A DNA stretch of 64,000 nt from Promethearchaeota archaeon. Its GTDB lineage: Archaea; Asgardarchaeota; Lokiarchaeia; Sigyniarchaeales; SOKP01. The DNA lies in the NCBI GenBank assembly GCA_016840085.1, contig JAEOTA010000081.1, positions 32,001-96,000 on the forward strand, read 5' to 3'. The notes beneath the pieces were generated by a model that was not told the DNA's origin, searched no databases, and saw nothing but the letters and a program-made list of their open reading frames with translations. Made by a program: the position numbers and the translations under genes. Positions 29,401 through 39,777 of this stretch are shown in pieces. The stretch's first letter is position 1. The number at the start of each line of letters is the position of its first letter.

Positions 29401-32400
29401 CCGTAGCGTTATAGTATACTGTGATTGCTTTATCAAAATCATTTTGTTCAATATGTTTTTGTGCTTCTTCTAAAAGTTTGAAAGCTTCTTCTTTTCTCTT
29501 TTCAGTTATTAATCTAATTTCTTCCAGTTTTCTCAGTTCCTCTTGTTTTTCTTTCATTTTAAGCTGTTCTAATTTCATTTTTTCTGTTATCTGTTGTTGG
29601 AATAGGCGCTCTTCTTGTTCTCTTCTAAGATTTAATTCGAGTTCTTTTAATTTATTCAAATCATCATCTCTCTTTTTCTCCTGGATTTTTTGAATCATTT
29701 CTCTGATAATAGTTGTAGGAAAAAAAATTTCATTGAAAATTAATTCTGAATTACGATAAAGTTCAATTGATTTATCATATTCACTTTGATTTAATAACTC
29801 TTCAGCTTGATCCATAATCTCAAATGCTTCTATTTTACGTTTTTTCATTTTTTGTAACAAATCTTCACGTTTTTGAACTTCAATTACCTTAGAGTTTAAT
29901 CTTTCTTTCTCTTTTCGTATATAGTTTGAAATTTTATTTTGAAATTGTTCCTCTTCTTTTTGACGGTTTAATGCAGCTTCAAATTCTATCTGCTTTACCT
30001 TTTCCTTTCTTTCTTTGCTTTCTTGAATAGATTGAATTGTGTCTTTTAGTAATTTTAAATAATCTTCTCGCCACCCTATTCCTTTTAAGATATTTATTGC
30101 ATTTTCATAATTTTCTATAGCTTTCGCGAAGTTTTCTTCTTTGAGAATATTTTCGGCTTCTTCAATAATATTAAATGCTCTTTCTTGTTCAACTAAATTT
30201 TGGGCTGAAATTTTTTTCTGTTTTTCAAGTATTTTTTGCTCTTTTAATGCTTCTACTTTTTCTCTTTCTCTTTGAAGTAGAATCTTGTTCATAAAAGCTT
30301 TATCAACAGTTTCTTTTTCAATTGCCTTTTGTAATAATTTTTGTTTATAGAGTTCATTCTCTCTCTTTTTCTCTTTTATATCCTCTATTGTAGTTTGAAT
30401 AATTGGAATTTCTTCTGTCCATTGAATTTGAGCAAAGATATTGGCTACATCATAATATATTTCAAGAGTATTATCAAACTTTCCAAAAGAAAGGAAATTT
30501 TGAGCTTTTTCTAGCAAATCAAATGCTTCATTCTTTTTATTTGCTTGATAGGCTCTTAAATTCTCTTTTTCACTTAATGCAATTTCCTTTTCTTTCAATC
30601 TTTCACGTTGAGCTTTCATTTCTCTAGTGATGAGCTCTTGAAACCTTTTTTCTTCCTTTTCATGCTCAAAATCAGCTTGAATTTTCAATTGTTTTTGTAA
30701 TTCGGCCTCTTTTTTCTGATTTTCAATTTCTATAATAGAATTTTGAATTAAGCTTATTTCGTTTTGCCAATTCGCATCTGCAAAAAAATTGATAGCATAT
30801 TGCAATATTTCAATAGCTTTATCAAAATAACCTTGTTTTAAATTATCCTGTGATTCCTCTAATAATTTAAAACCTGATTTTCTTCTTTCTTCACGATATT
30901 GTAATTCTTTTTCCCGTCCTCTTAATTCAATTTCTTGTTTTTTCAGTTTTTCTCTTTCTTGTTTTAAATATTTTGTAATTTGCTTTTGAAAATCTTCTTC
31001 TTTTTTTTCTCTTTCTAAAGTTTCTTGCATCTTTTTTTGTCTTAAAATCTTTTGATCACGTTTTAGTTCTTCAACTTGATGTATAGAATTTTCAATCAAA
31101 GGAATTTCCTCAGTCCATCGTATTTCAGCAAAAATATTGCCTGCATTTTGGTACTCCTCGATTGCATTATTATATTCACCTCTTTTAACGAAACTTAATG
31201 CTGAATCTAGAAATTCAAAAGCCTTTTTCCTCCGCTCCTTAAAATATTTTACTTCTTCCTCCTTTTCCTTTAATATGATCTCTTTTTTCTTTAAATGTTC
31301 ACGCTCTTTATTTAATTGAGTAGCAATTTGCTTCTGAAAATCAATTTCAGCTTCTTCCCTTTTTTCCAAACGTTTTTGGTCTTCATATTGCTTCTTGAGT
31401 CGAGAATCTTTTATCTTCTCTATATTTAATATTGTATTCTTAATTGTATTAATGTAAGTTTCCCACCCTGTTCCTAAATCTTCAAGAATTACCAACCCTT
31501 CTTTATATTCATTGATAGCTCTTTCAAAGTTTTTTTCTTTTAAAATTTCATCTGCTTTATCTAAAATTTTAAAGAGATCCTTCTCTTTTTCTGCATAATC
31601 TCTTTTTTTTAATTCAAATTCTTCCCTTTTATTCTCTAAATCTTTAGCAGATTCTATTGCTTGCTTCATTTCCTTTAAATAAATAGATTCTTGAACTCTA
31701 AATAATTCTCTTTCTCGTTTTTCTTTAAGACCCTCAGTTTTTTTCTCTCTTTCTTGTTTTTCCTTTATCCCATTTATTAAATTAATCACTGGTTGAATAT
31801 AAGAATCCCATTCTATTGATTTGAGGAGCTGAATCGCTTCTTCAAGTTTCTCGATTGCGTGATTATAATCTTTTTCTCTTTCAAACTTCTTTCCTATATC
31901 AATTAAATTGAAAGCTTTTATTTGTACTTGCTCTTCTATTCTCTTCTTTTCTTCAAACTCAATAAGTTTTTTTCTTTGTAAATCTGCTTCTGAAGTTAAA
32001 GCTTCTGATTCTCCCTCAATTTTACTAGATACCATTGAAATAGCTTGTTTTTGTTGAGTTTGAAAATTTTCAATATGCTCTTTATCTTTTCTAAGTTTTT
32101 CAATAATAGCTAAAATATTCTGAGTTTGGGCAATCCAACCTATAGAATTTAATAATTGGACTGCTTCTTTATAATTATTTATAGCGTTATCAAATTTCTT
32201 TTCCTTTTCAAATATCTTGGCTTTATCAATAAGAGAAAAAGCTTCATTTTGTACTTCTTCTTCACGTCTCTTTTGTTCTCTATATCTAGCAATCGTTTCT
32301 GCTTTTTCTGGAGTAGATTTTTCTCCAAACATTCCAACAATTTGAGGTGATTGTTCTACTTGCTGTTGTGAGATTTGTTCTGAAGATATTTTCTCTTGTT

Positions 32401-32854
32401 GTTGTTTTAATTGAAATTCTTGTTGTTGCTTAATATTATTTGCGAGTTTTTTTATTTTTACTCTCAGATTTTCTAATTGTACTTCAGGCCAACCCGATTG
32501 GGCTAATAAATTAATAGCTGACATGTATTGCTGAATAGCATCTTCATAAAAACCATTAGATTCTAACTCTTTTGCTCCTTCTAAAAGTGAAAAAGCTTGA
32601 TCTTGTACTTGTTCAATTTGAGCCTGGATCTGAGTATGTTCATAAAATTTTTCTTGTTTAAGAAAATTTTTTAATTCTTCTATTCTTTCATATATATCTT
32701 GAATTCTATGAGTTAAAATTCCGCTTTGCTTTAGGTATTTAGCAGCTTTTTGATAATGGGATATTGCCTTTTCTGCATTTTTTTCCTCTTCAAAATTTTG
32801 CGCAAGTTCTAAAAATTTTAAGGCTTCTTGAGCCAATTCGTCTGGATTTTGCAT
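26486..32854 (-). CDS. Giant helical repeat protein (~18 units of TPR/MIT-like hairpin plus charged coiled coil)
   Basis: Recurring AF.(L/I)(L/I)(D/E).A ... AI..Y..A..I...I.W about every 115 aa. Confidence 0.85.
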   Translation of the reverse strand: MQNPDELAQEALKFLELAQNFEEEKNAEKAISHYQKAAKYLKQSGILTHRIQDIYERIEELKNFLKQEKFYEHTQIQAQIEQVQDQAFSLLEGAKELESNGFYEDAIQQYMSAINLLAQSGWPEVQLENLRVKIKKLANNIKQQQEFQLKQQQEKISSEQISQQQVEQSPQIVGMFGEKSTPEKAETIARYREQKRREEEVQNEAFSLIDKAKIFEKEKKFDNAINNYKEAVQLLNSIGWIAQTQNILAIIEKLRKDKEHIENFQTQQKQAISMVSSKIEGESEALTSEADLQRKKLIEFEEKKRIEEQVQIKAFNLIDIGKKFEREKDYNHAIEKLEEAIQLLKSIEWDSYIQPVINLINGIKEKQEREKKTEGLKEKRERELFRVQESIYLKEMKQAIESAKDLENKREEFELKKRDYAEKEKDLFKILDKADEILKEKNFERAINEYKEGLVILEDLGTGWETYINTIKNTILNIEKIKDSRLKKQYEDQKRLEKREEAEIDFQKQIATQLNKEREHLKKKEIILKEKEEEVKYFKERRKKAFEFLDSALSFVKRGEYNNAIEEYQNAGNIFAEIRWTEEIPLIENSIHQVEELKRDQKILRQKKMQETLEREKKEEDFQKQITKYLKQEREKLKKQEIELRGREKELQYREERRKSGFKLLEESQDNLKQGYFDKAIEILQYAINFFADANWQNEISLIQNSIIEIENQKKEAELQKQLKIQADFEHEKEEKRFQELITREMKAQRERLKEKEIALSEKENLRAYQANKKNEAFDLLEKAQNFLSFGKFDNTLEIYYDVANIFAQIQWTEEIPIIQTTIEDIKEKKRENELYKQKLLQKAIEKETVDKAFMNKILLQREREKVEALKEQKILEKQKKISAQNLVEQERAFNIIEEAENILKEENFAKAIENYENAINILKGIGWREDYLKLLKDTIQSIQESKERKEKVKQIEFEAALNRQKEEEQFQNKISNYIRKEKERLNSKVIEVQKREDLLQKMKKRKIEAFEIMDQAEELLNQSEYDKSIELYRNSELIFNEIFFPTTIIREMIQKIQEKKRDDDLNKLKELELNLRREQEERLFQQQITEKMKLEQLKMKEKQEELRKLEEIRLITEKRKEEAFKLLEEAQKHIEQNDFDKAITVYYNATDIFTEIQWHDEIDLIQRSINEVENKKYKMEVKKQMELKASLEREKEEKLFHELISEEMKTQREKLRQREIKLRKKEEELVYREKKREEGFKLLDKAQDLLSKGRFEESIDIYRDVANNFAQIQWDDEIPILENAIQNIMKKKREDDIQKAKLLQESIDKEKANYEFMEQIKLYRKKERAMAIEEEENLKSQKLISAQNLVKQQEAFNLINNGYESVKHKDFDNALVSYQHAIHILTEIGWTREYLKLLTNTINTIEKRKRDLEKQKEIEQELKINQQQEQQQFQSKISESMLREKKRLELKELKIQERENLLQKMESRKIEAFEIMDLAEKLLKQAEYDKATEMYHKAELILSEIGFPTNLIRDMIYKVQMKSREEITTKQMELESKLQKEREQFDFQQKIAESIKINELRMKSQQNELEKQKKHRAYMEKRKDEAFSILDEAEIYMNQARYNKALEYYHTAELILNEISFPTEAIRETIQKVREKKKDHQLQRQKDLELSIQREREVWEFEEQISTFFKNERERLQNKQIEIQEKEELKARLEKRKESAFKILDDAEKFLKASNYENAIERYRKAGLILNELQFPTDSINNMILKVNKLKKQEVEQEELKFQKEFEKLEEEKALKILIDERKRQEEEKKRAQLLAQKQRERMIQEQMTVRESAYSLLDEAGKYLKQLNPDFNNAISLYVQARNILAENIGWEPEINNLNALIKDLQQEQVNYIKKKKLEEEARIQRQIEYEKFQEEVRRKRLEQEQLKRGQEKQYRELFVKKKHFDQIRDEGLKYIDDGKRLAAYHDFENAYEKFNTAISKFKEIGWKEEIKYIETEIKNAKILEERVKAEESRINEIQKQLEKQRSLEKSRRESKDAEMKQAISEVSIDTDKVMKMIEEGRSKAKLKEKKQKEQIKDEAKEFSKKMSDLIKIKQELIDEIEKKEMEKKKEQKRLKQAKEREEIDNLKKMIKKADKSKKT

Positions 32855-32989
32855 AATATAAAAATCTGACCAATTGTATTTTAATCAAATATATAACTAT
32901 TGTTTTTCTTACTTAATTTACACTAAGTAATTAAACTTTTTATATTGTGATAACTATTTTAACTAAATTATTAAACACGATGAATATTA

Positions 32990-34942
32990 TTGAGCCAGAA
33001 ATTAAATAATAGAATTATAATAGACTTTGAACCAATTTCAAGAAGAGTATATCTACAAGAGGATAAAACTCTTTACGAAATCCTTACCGATTTAAATATT
33101 CCTATTCAAACGATATGTGGTGGATCAGGAACATGTGGAAAATGTAAAGTATTAATTCAGAGAGGAAAAGAATATCTAACACCTACAACGAATAATGAAA
33201 AAAATTTTGTAAAAACAAAGGAACTTGAGAATGGATGGAGATTAGCATGTCAGACAAGAGTAAACAAAAATAACATAAAAGAATTGGAAAAACAATCTTC
33301 CCCTCAATTTCGGATATTCTTACCGAATGAATTATTAATTGAAGATTTTAAAATCTTAGTAACTGGAACAGAAAAGGGGACAGAATTGTGGCCAGCAATT
33401 AAAAAAGTTTATATTGAGGTTAAGAAACCAACTTTACAGGAGCCTGTTCCTGATTATGAAAGAATCTTAACCGATCTTCTAGCTCAAAATAAAGATATAA
33501 AAAAGAATATTCAAATTGATTTTACTTTATTACAAGATTTGCCAAGTATTTTAAGACATAATGACCATAAAATTACATTAACTTTATGGAATTCTAATAA
33601 AATAATTGATTGCGAATTTGGGAATACTACTTATGATAATTTTGGAATTGCCTTTGATATTGGGACTACAACTATTGTGGGCTATTTAATCAATTTAAAT
33701 AATGGTAAAATCTATTCTGTTGACTCAAAATTAAATAGTCAAACAGCATATGGAGAAGACGTTATTACTCGTTTAACGTATATTAAAAACGATAAAAATA
33801 AGCTCAAAATATTAAATTCTACTTTGATAAACGATTTAAATAATATTATTGACAAGACTTCAACCGAAGCTAATATTAGTCCTTCTCAAATTTATGAAGC
33901 TACTATTGTTGGTAATTCTGTTATGCATCATATTTTTCTAGGATTAGATCCTGTAAATATTGGATTAAGCCCATTTATTCCTGTAATCAAAAAGGGATTA
34001 AATATTAAAGCGAAAGATTTAAAACTTAATATCTCTAAAAAAGGAAATGTTTATACTGCTCCACTTATTGCGGGATTCGTTGGAGCTGATACGATTGGAG
34101 TTATTCTCTCTTCTAATATTGAAAAGGAAAAAGAACTTACTTTAGCAATTGATATTGGAACAAATGGAGAAATTATTATAGGAAATCATAAATTTTTAGC
34201 TGTTGGATCATGTGCTGCAGGTTCCGCATTAGAAGGGGCTCATATTAGTGATGGAATAAGAGCAGCAGCAGGTGCAATCGATACTATAAAGATCACCCCT
34301 AAAAACCTTGATGTCTCTTACACAACAATTAGAAATAAAGAACCTATCGGTATATGTGGTTCTGGTTTGGTAGATGCTATAGCAGAAATGTTGAAATCTA
34401 AAATCCTAACAAGAAGTGGCAATTTTAATAAAGAATTTCTTGACCATGAGAGATTTATTAAAAAAGATAAAAATAATGAATTTATTATAGTTAAAAGAAA
34501 TGAAACATCTATTGGGAAAGATATAACTGTCACTCAAAATGATGTTAGACAAATCCAGATGGCAAAAGCAGCATTTTACTCGGGTTCAAGGATCATTTTA
34601 CAACATTTAGGAGATTCATTAGAAATTAAGCAAGTTTTCCTAGCTGGAGCTTTTGGAAACTATATTAACGCAAAAAATGCTAAATTTATAGGAATGATTC
34701 CAGATATCCATGATGAGAAAATCTTTCAAATCGGAAATGCCGCTGGGATAGGAGCTCAATATTGTTTGCTAAATAAGAATTTAAGAGATAAAGCAGAACA
34801 GTTATTAACTAAAATTCAATATGTAGAGATTGCAGTAAAAGAAGAATTTCAAAAAGAATACGCTGAAGCTATGTATTTTCCTCACTTAAATTTAAACTTA
34901 TTTCCAAATTTGAAAGAGTATAAAGAGATACCAAAAAGATAA
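32990..34942 (+). CDS. ASKHA-type reductive activator of corrinoid proteins (RACo/DUF4445) with N-terminal 2Fe-2S domain
   Basis: CGGSGTCGKC...RLACQ, DIGTTT, GFVGAD, DIGTNGE, AAGSALEG, GICGSG, LAGAFG, GNAAG.GA. Confidence 0.93.
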   Translation: MSQKLNNRIIIDFEPISRRVYLQEDKTLYEILTDLNIPIQTICGGSGTCGKCKVLIQRGKEYLTPTTNNEKNFVKTKELENGWRLACQTRVNKNNIKELEKQSSPQFRIFLPNELLIEDFKILVTGTEKGTELWPAIKKVYIEVKKPTLQEPVPDYERILTDLLAQNKDIKKNIQIDFTLLQDLPSILRHNDHKITLTLWNSNKIIDCEFGNTTYDNFGIAFDIGTTTIVGYLINLNNGKIYSVDSKLNSQTAYGEDVITRLTYIKNDKNKLKILNSTLINDLNNIIDKTSTEANISPSQIYEATIVGNSVMHHIFLGLDPVNIGLSPFIPVIKKGLNIKAKDLKLNISKKGNVYTAPLIAGFVGADTIGVILSSNIEKEKELTLAIDIGTNGEIIIGNHKFLAVGSCAAGSALEGAHISDGIRAAAGAIDTIKITPKNLDVSYTTIRNKEPIGICGSGLVDAIAEMLKSKILTRSGNFNKEFLDHERFIKKDKNNEFIIVKRNETSIGKDITVTQNDVRQIQMAKAAFYSGSRIILQHLGDSLEIKQVFLAGAFGNYINAKNAKFIGMIPDIHDEKIFQIGNAAGIGAQYCLLNKNLRDKAEQLLTKIQYVEIAVKEEFQKEYAEAMYFPHLNLNLFPNLKEYKEIPKR

Positions 34943-35133
34943 ATTTGCTTTTAAATAAATAAAATTCAATTTGAGTTTTTGTAAAAATATTTAAATTTTT
35001 AATTTATCTAATCTATAATTTAATTTGTATTATCAAATTAAATAAATTCTTAAATATCATTTACAATAATATTTTATATACATAAACAAAAACTTTAAAA
35101 AAAAATATAAATAAACGACGTGAATGAAGCCTT

Positions 35134-35658
35134 ATGTCGAGTTTTAAGCTCAAAGTATTGTTAACGGGAGCCGCTGCTGTAGGTAAAACCAGCCTCGTCC
35201 AACGATTTATTAAAAATAGATTTCAAGCAAATTATAAATTAACTGTTGGAGTTGATATATTGACGAAGGATGTTGAATTCCGATCTGGTGAAATAGCAAC
35301 TCTATCGATATGGGATATTGGGGGACAGCAACGCTTCGAATTTATTCGAAGTACTTTCTATAAAGGTGCCGCTGGTGCCTTATTGGTATTTGACTTGACT
35401 CGAGAACAGACTTATACAGAAACTCGAAAATGGATGACAGAAATACGTCAATTTGCAGGTGAAAATATTCCTTTTGTCCTTATTGGAAACAAGGCAGATC
35501 TAATAGAGGATGTTGGGGTAGTGATCGATAGAAATGAAGCACGCTCATATGCGGAAAATGAGGGTAGTATTTATATAGAAACATCTGCAAAAACAGGAGT
35601 AAATGTAGACGAGGCTTTCACGGAACTCACACGAAGAATAATTGATTCTAGATCTTAA
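35134..35658 (+). CDS. Rab-like small GTPase, no C-terminal prenylation motif
   Basis: GAAAVGKTS, WDIGGQ, NKAD, ETSAK; RabF-like VGVDI, RFEFIR, FYKGA, LVFDLT. Confidence 0.95.
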   Translation: MSSFKLKVLLTGAAAVGKTSLVQRFIKNRFQANYKLTVGVDILTKDVEFRSGEIATLSIWDIGGQQRFEFIRSTFYKGAAGALLVFDLTREQTYTETRKWMTEIRQFAGENIPFVLIGNKADLIEDVGVVIDRNEARSYAENEGSIYIETSAKTGVNVDEAFTELTRRIIDSRS

Positions 35659-35752
35659 GAATTAAAATATGGTTTTTTCTTCGAATTCTGAAAATTATTT
35701 ATTTCTTAATTTTGAAGAAGTAATAATTTAATTACTTTCTCATGAAAATAAT

Positions 35753-37168
35753 TTAGTTAATAGGCTCAAATTCTTCATAAAGATCATCATGAATAATTTT
35801 TATCGCATCTATTAATCGATCTTTGGCTATAACAATAGAAAGATTTAATTCATCATAACTTTGAGAAATCGATTTAACTTTTATATTCTTTTTATCTAAA
35901 GCATTGAATATTTTTGCTTTAGTTTGATTTTCAAGGACTTTTAGACCTATTATGTTAATCACAGCAACATCTTCCCATTTTATCTCAAAAAATTCAGAGT
36001 AAAATTCAGAATTTTTTAATGCTTGAATCGCTTTTTTTGAGTCTTCTGCTTTAACGATGAATGATGTGCTTATTTCAGAAGAACTTTGCGCTACTAGTGA
36101 AACGCTAATATTATTTTTACTCATTTTTTTGAATATCTTTGCTAAAATCCCTGGAACATCAACCATGCTCCCAGAAATTATAGTAATTATTGTTGCCAAT
36201 TCTACAGCAGAAATTCCCTTAATATGTTTGACATCAGTATGTTCAGAAATCTCAGTAAAGTTCTTTTCTAATGGATTATCAAAATTTCTGATTTCTAAGG
36301 GGATTTTATATTTTTCTATTGCTTCTAAACATTTAGGATGGAGAATTTTAGCTCCAAAATTAGCGATATGTTTTGCTTCAGTATAATCTAGATTCTTAAT
36401 AAGGGAAGATTGAGGAACATATTTCGGATTTATTGCCAATAATCCACCGACATCTTTCCATAAAATTACTTTTATATTTTTATCTATACCCACATTATAA
36501 AGTGAATGTGCTAAAATCGTTGCTGAATAATCTGAGCCTCCTCTTCCTAATGTTGTAATATATCCGATCTTATTTCTTCCAATAAAGCCAGTAAAACATA
36601 TAATTATATCCTTTTTAGGATTCTCTAAAATTGGGATTAAATATTTTTCAACTCGAGAGTTTGTTAAATCATATAAAGGATAAGCGTTATTAAATTCATC
36701 ATTTGTGATAATAACTTTATTTGCTGGGATATAAACAGAATCTATTTTATTACTTGCTAGATACTGATCTAAAATATATGTCGATATTATTTCACCGAAA
36801 CTCGATATATAATCCTTATAATAGGGTTCTAAACCAAATTCTTTAATATCTGCTAAAGTATCTTCTAATTCACTTAATTTATCATCAATCCAATCTTTTA
36901 CTTTAAAATAATATTCAGTTTCCTCTTTAAATATCTGTTCAATTATGTCAATATGCTTTTTCTCAATTAAAGCAATATTTTTATCAATATCTTTAATATC
37001 TTCTAAATTTTGAGCTGTTTTTAAGAGTAAATCTGTTATTCCACTAAAGGCTGAAGTAACATACACTTTTTTTACATTTTTATAAAGTTCTGTAATTTTA
37101 AGAATCTGTTTAAAAGAAATTTTATCAGTTAAACAAGAACCTCCGAATTTCATCACTACAATCGGCAT
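35753..37168 (-). CDS. lysC: Aspartate kinase with two ACT domains
   Basis: VMKFGGS, SFGE..S, TTLGRGGSDYSAT, WKDV.G, FGAKILHP, ACT domains. Confidence 0.93.
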   Translation of the reverse strand: MPIVVMKFGGSCLTDKISFKQILKITELYKNVKKVYVTSAFSGITDLLLKTAQNLEDIKDIDKNIALIEKKHIDIIEQIFKEETEYYFKVKDWIDDKLSELEDTLADIKEFGLEPYYKDYISSFGEIISTYILDQYLASNKIDSVYIPANKVIITNDEFNNAYPLYDLTNSRVEKYLIPILENPKKDIIICFTGFIGRNKIGYITTLGRGGSDYSATILAHSLYNVGIDKNIKVILWKDVGGLLAINPKYVPQSSLIKNLDYTEAKHIANFGAKILHPKCLEAIEKYKIPLEIRNFDNPLEKNFTEISEHTDVKHIKGISAVELATIITIISGSMVDVPGILAKIFKKMSKNNISVSLVAQSSSEISTSFIVKAEDSKKAIQALKNSEFYSEFFEIKWEDVAVINIIGLKVLENQTKAKIFNALDKKNIKVKSISQSYDELNLSIVIAKDRLIDAIKIIHDDLYEEFEPIN

Positions 37169-37348
37169 ATTTCTCCAATCTAACTTATGACGCTCTAGTT
37201 CTATTAATTTTAATTAATAAATATATTTTATCCAATAAAAATCATAAAAAAGACATTAAGTATTTTTGAAATTTATTATCTAAATGAAGCAGAGTAATTG
37301 TACTTATTTTAAGAAAAAGTAAAATGGTAATATTAATTTAATAATAAG

Positions 37349-38221
37349 ATGATAGATTTACATTTACATTCTACTAGTTCTGACGGACTGCAAACACCTT
37401 CTCAATTAATCGATTTAGCAACTGACCTTAAATTAAAAGCGATTGCACTGACAGATCATGATACAGTAGCGGGAGTAGATGGATTTTTATTATATGGAGA
37501 AACTAAAGAGATAATCGTTATTCCGGGCTTAGAAATATCAATAAGACATGAACCAGATAGAGAAATAATAGATGTTCATATAATTGGTTTGAATATTGAT
37601 CACAAATCAACAAAATTGATTAATGTAATTGAAGATCAAATAAAGGGTAGATTAGAACAAAAAAAAGCAATTTGTAAGCGTCTACGAGAGGAATTTGGTT
37701 ATAATATAACATTTGAAGAAGTTAAAACCTATGCAGGAGGAAAGGTTGTTGGTCGACCACATATAGTTGAAATTATGAAAAAAAATAATCCTGATAAAGT
37801 TAAAGTAAAGTCTGCCAATCAATTATTTAAGATGATAAGTATAAATGGTGAAGCGTTTGTAGATCGTGAAATAGAGCTTAATCTGGAAGAGTCCATTGAA
37901 TTAATTAAATCTGCTGGCGGAATTCCAATTCTGGCACATCCAGGAATTTATGAGATTTCAGATAGAACTAAGTTTATAGAATTATTTATTAGCGCGGGAA
38001 TAGAGGGAATCGAAGTAGAGTATACATATAATAAAAATAGACCTTTTTCCCAAACAGATAAAGCAAATTGGGCACAAAGCTTCTTTCCAGGTTATTTTCG
38101 AAAAATTGCTGAAAAATTTAACCTCATCAAATCAGGAGGATCTGATTATCACGGAGGTAAAAAAGGGATAAAAATTGGAGACGCCAAAGTTCCAGATGCA
38201 TATTTAAAGAGTTTTATTTAA
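37349..38221 (+). CDS. PHP-domain phosphoesterase (TrpH/YciV-like)
   Basis: DLHLHSTSSDG, ALTDHD, GRPH, LAHP, GGSDYHG. Confidence 0.93.
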   Translation: MIDLHLHSTSSDGLQTPSQLIDLATDLKLKAIALTDHDTVAGVDGFLLYGETKEIIVIPGLEISIRHEPDREIIDVHIIGLNIDHKSTKLINVIEDQIKGRLEQKKAICKRLREEFGYNITFEEVKTYAGGKVVGRPHIVEIMKKNNPDKVKVKSANQLFKMISINGEAFVDREIELNLEESIELIKSAGGIPILAHPGIYEISDRTKFIELFISAGIEGIEVEYTYNKNRPFSQTDKANWAQSFFPGYFRKIAEKFNLIKSGGSDYHGGKKGIKIGDAKVPDAYLKSFI

Positions 38222-38265
38222 TTTGATATCTAGAATTTCATTCCTTTAAATTCAGTTTTCTTATT

Positions 38266-39735
38266 TTAATCACTTTCTAAATTAGATTTAATATTATTTG
38301 CTCTTTCTTTCAAGATCTCTCTAATCTGATTAGCATCTTTTTCGCTTGTAAAGAAAAGTGGAACCCATAAGCAAATTGATAAAATACCAAATATTAAAGT
38401 TGACCATAATATTGTTAACGAAAAACTATCTGTCCACGCAATTATAAAACCTCCTAAGACGACCCCAATTGATCTTCCTACAAAATCAATAAACGATCCC
38501 ATTGCTACGATTGTTCCTCTATGCTCCGGTAAATTTACATCTATTAAAGAACTATACCAATTTGGTGCGATTCCAAAAGTAAAGGCAAAACCAATCCCTA
38601 ATAACGAGGAATAAATAATCCATAAAACCCAAAATCCTGTTAAATTAACTGATAGACTTCCAAAAAAAAAGGTTTTATTTGAAACATTAGGTGTCAGTAA
38701 AAAGCCCCCTAAAAGAAAGGGTAATGTAAGAATCGAACAAATTGTAGCAATTTTAATTCTTCCACTTGAGTCACCTCTCTTTACCTTTTTATCTCCCCAA
38801 TGAGCCAACCAAAACTGTCCAAAAATTAATCCTAAACCAATGACAAAGAGAAGCAGAACACCAAGTGTTAATATACTAAAAGAATCGGAAAATGAAATTC
38901 CTAATTCGAGATTTAAATAAGGAAAAATATATGCCACAAGTAGTCCTGAAGCTATTACATCAAAGAAATTTAATGTTAAAAAAATATTAGATTTCCTTAT
39001 GTAAATATTTTTCAAATCACTAAATTTTATTTTATAAGAATATTGAAGTGTATCCTCTGTTAAGATTGATTCCAAATATTTTTCTTTTGCAGCTCTTTTT
39101 GGTTCAGTAGTAAGAAATAGACAGAAAATAGTGAAAATGAAGCCAACAAGACCAAGAATTAAAAAGGGAAGCCGCCATGTATTTAGCAAATTAGGAAAAT
39201 TTAAAGAGATATATGAAATATTTTCTCTAATACTTTCAGATTCTATATCAATTCTTTCATAGGGAATTTTATTAAAGGATAATGCAAAGAATGTAGCAAA
39301 TAACGAACCGATTGTTGATAATAATGACCACACAGCAAATGATTTTGACCTTGATTCTGAAGAGACCATATCTGCAATATAAGAAATGATTAAAGGACCT
39401 GTTATTCCTGTTGCTATAGCAGCGAGAATACGTGCTAAAATCAACTGCCATAGATCAGTAATAAAAATATGAATCATTGCTGTCATGGACCAAAACAATC
39501 CTGCAATGACTAACAACTTTTTTCTTTCAATAAGATCTGTAGCATACCCCGAAATAACAATAGTTACTCCATGGACTATTGTATAAATTCCGAGAATAAT
39601 ACCAATAGTGTCAAAAAATATTCCTAAATCCGCGGCAATTAATACTTGGTTTGGAAGTATTAACGGACTATCCATTATAATGATTATTACTAAGATTAAA
39701 AATAAAGATAATGAGAGATATTCTCTTTTTTTCAT
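38266..39735 (-). CDS. MFS transporter
   Basis: About 12 TM segments, GYATDLIERKK motif A, DVNLPEHRG. Confidence 0.88.
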   Translation of the reverse strand: MKKREYLSLSLFLILVIIIIMDSPLILPNQVLIAADLGIFFDTIGIILGIYTIVHGVTIVISGYATDLIERKKLLVIAGLFWSMTAMIHIFITDLWQLILARILAAIATGITGPLIISYIADMVSSESRSKSFAVWSLLSTIGSLFATFFALSFNKIPYERIDIESESIRENISYISLNFPNLLNTWRLPFLILGLVGFIFTIFCLFLTTEPKRAAKEKYLESILTEDTLQYSYKIKFSDLKNIYIRKSNIFLTLNFFDVIASGLLVAYIFPYLNLELGISFSDSFSILTLGVLLLFVIGLGLIFGQFWLAHWGDKKVKRGDSSGRIKIATICSILTLPFLLGGFLLTPNVSNKTFFFGSLSVNLTGFWVLWIIYSSLLGIGFAFTFGIAPNWYSSLIDVNLPEHRGTIVAMGSFIDFVGRSIGVVLGGFIIAWTDSFSLTILWSTLIFGILSICLWVPLFFTSEKDANQIREILKERANNIKSNLESD

Positions 39736-39777
39736 TTTTATATTAAGAGCTTAAAATTAGATAAAGAAACAGTAGGA

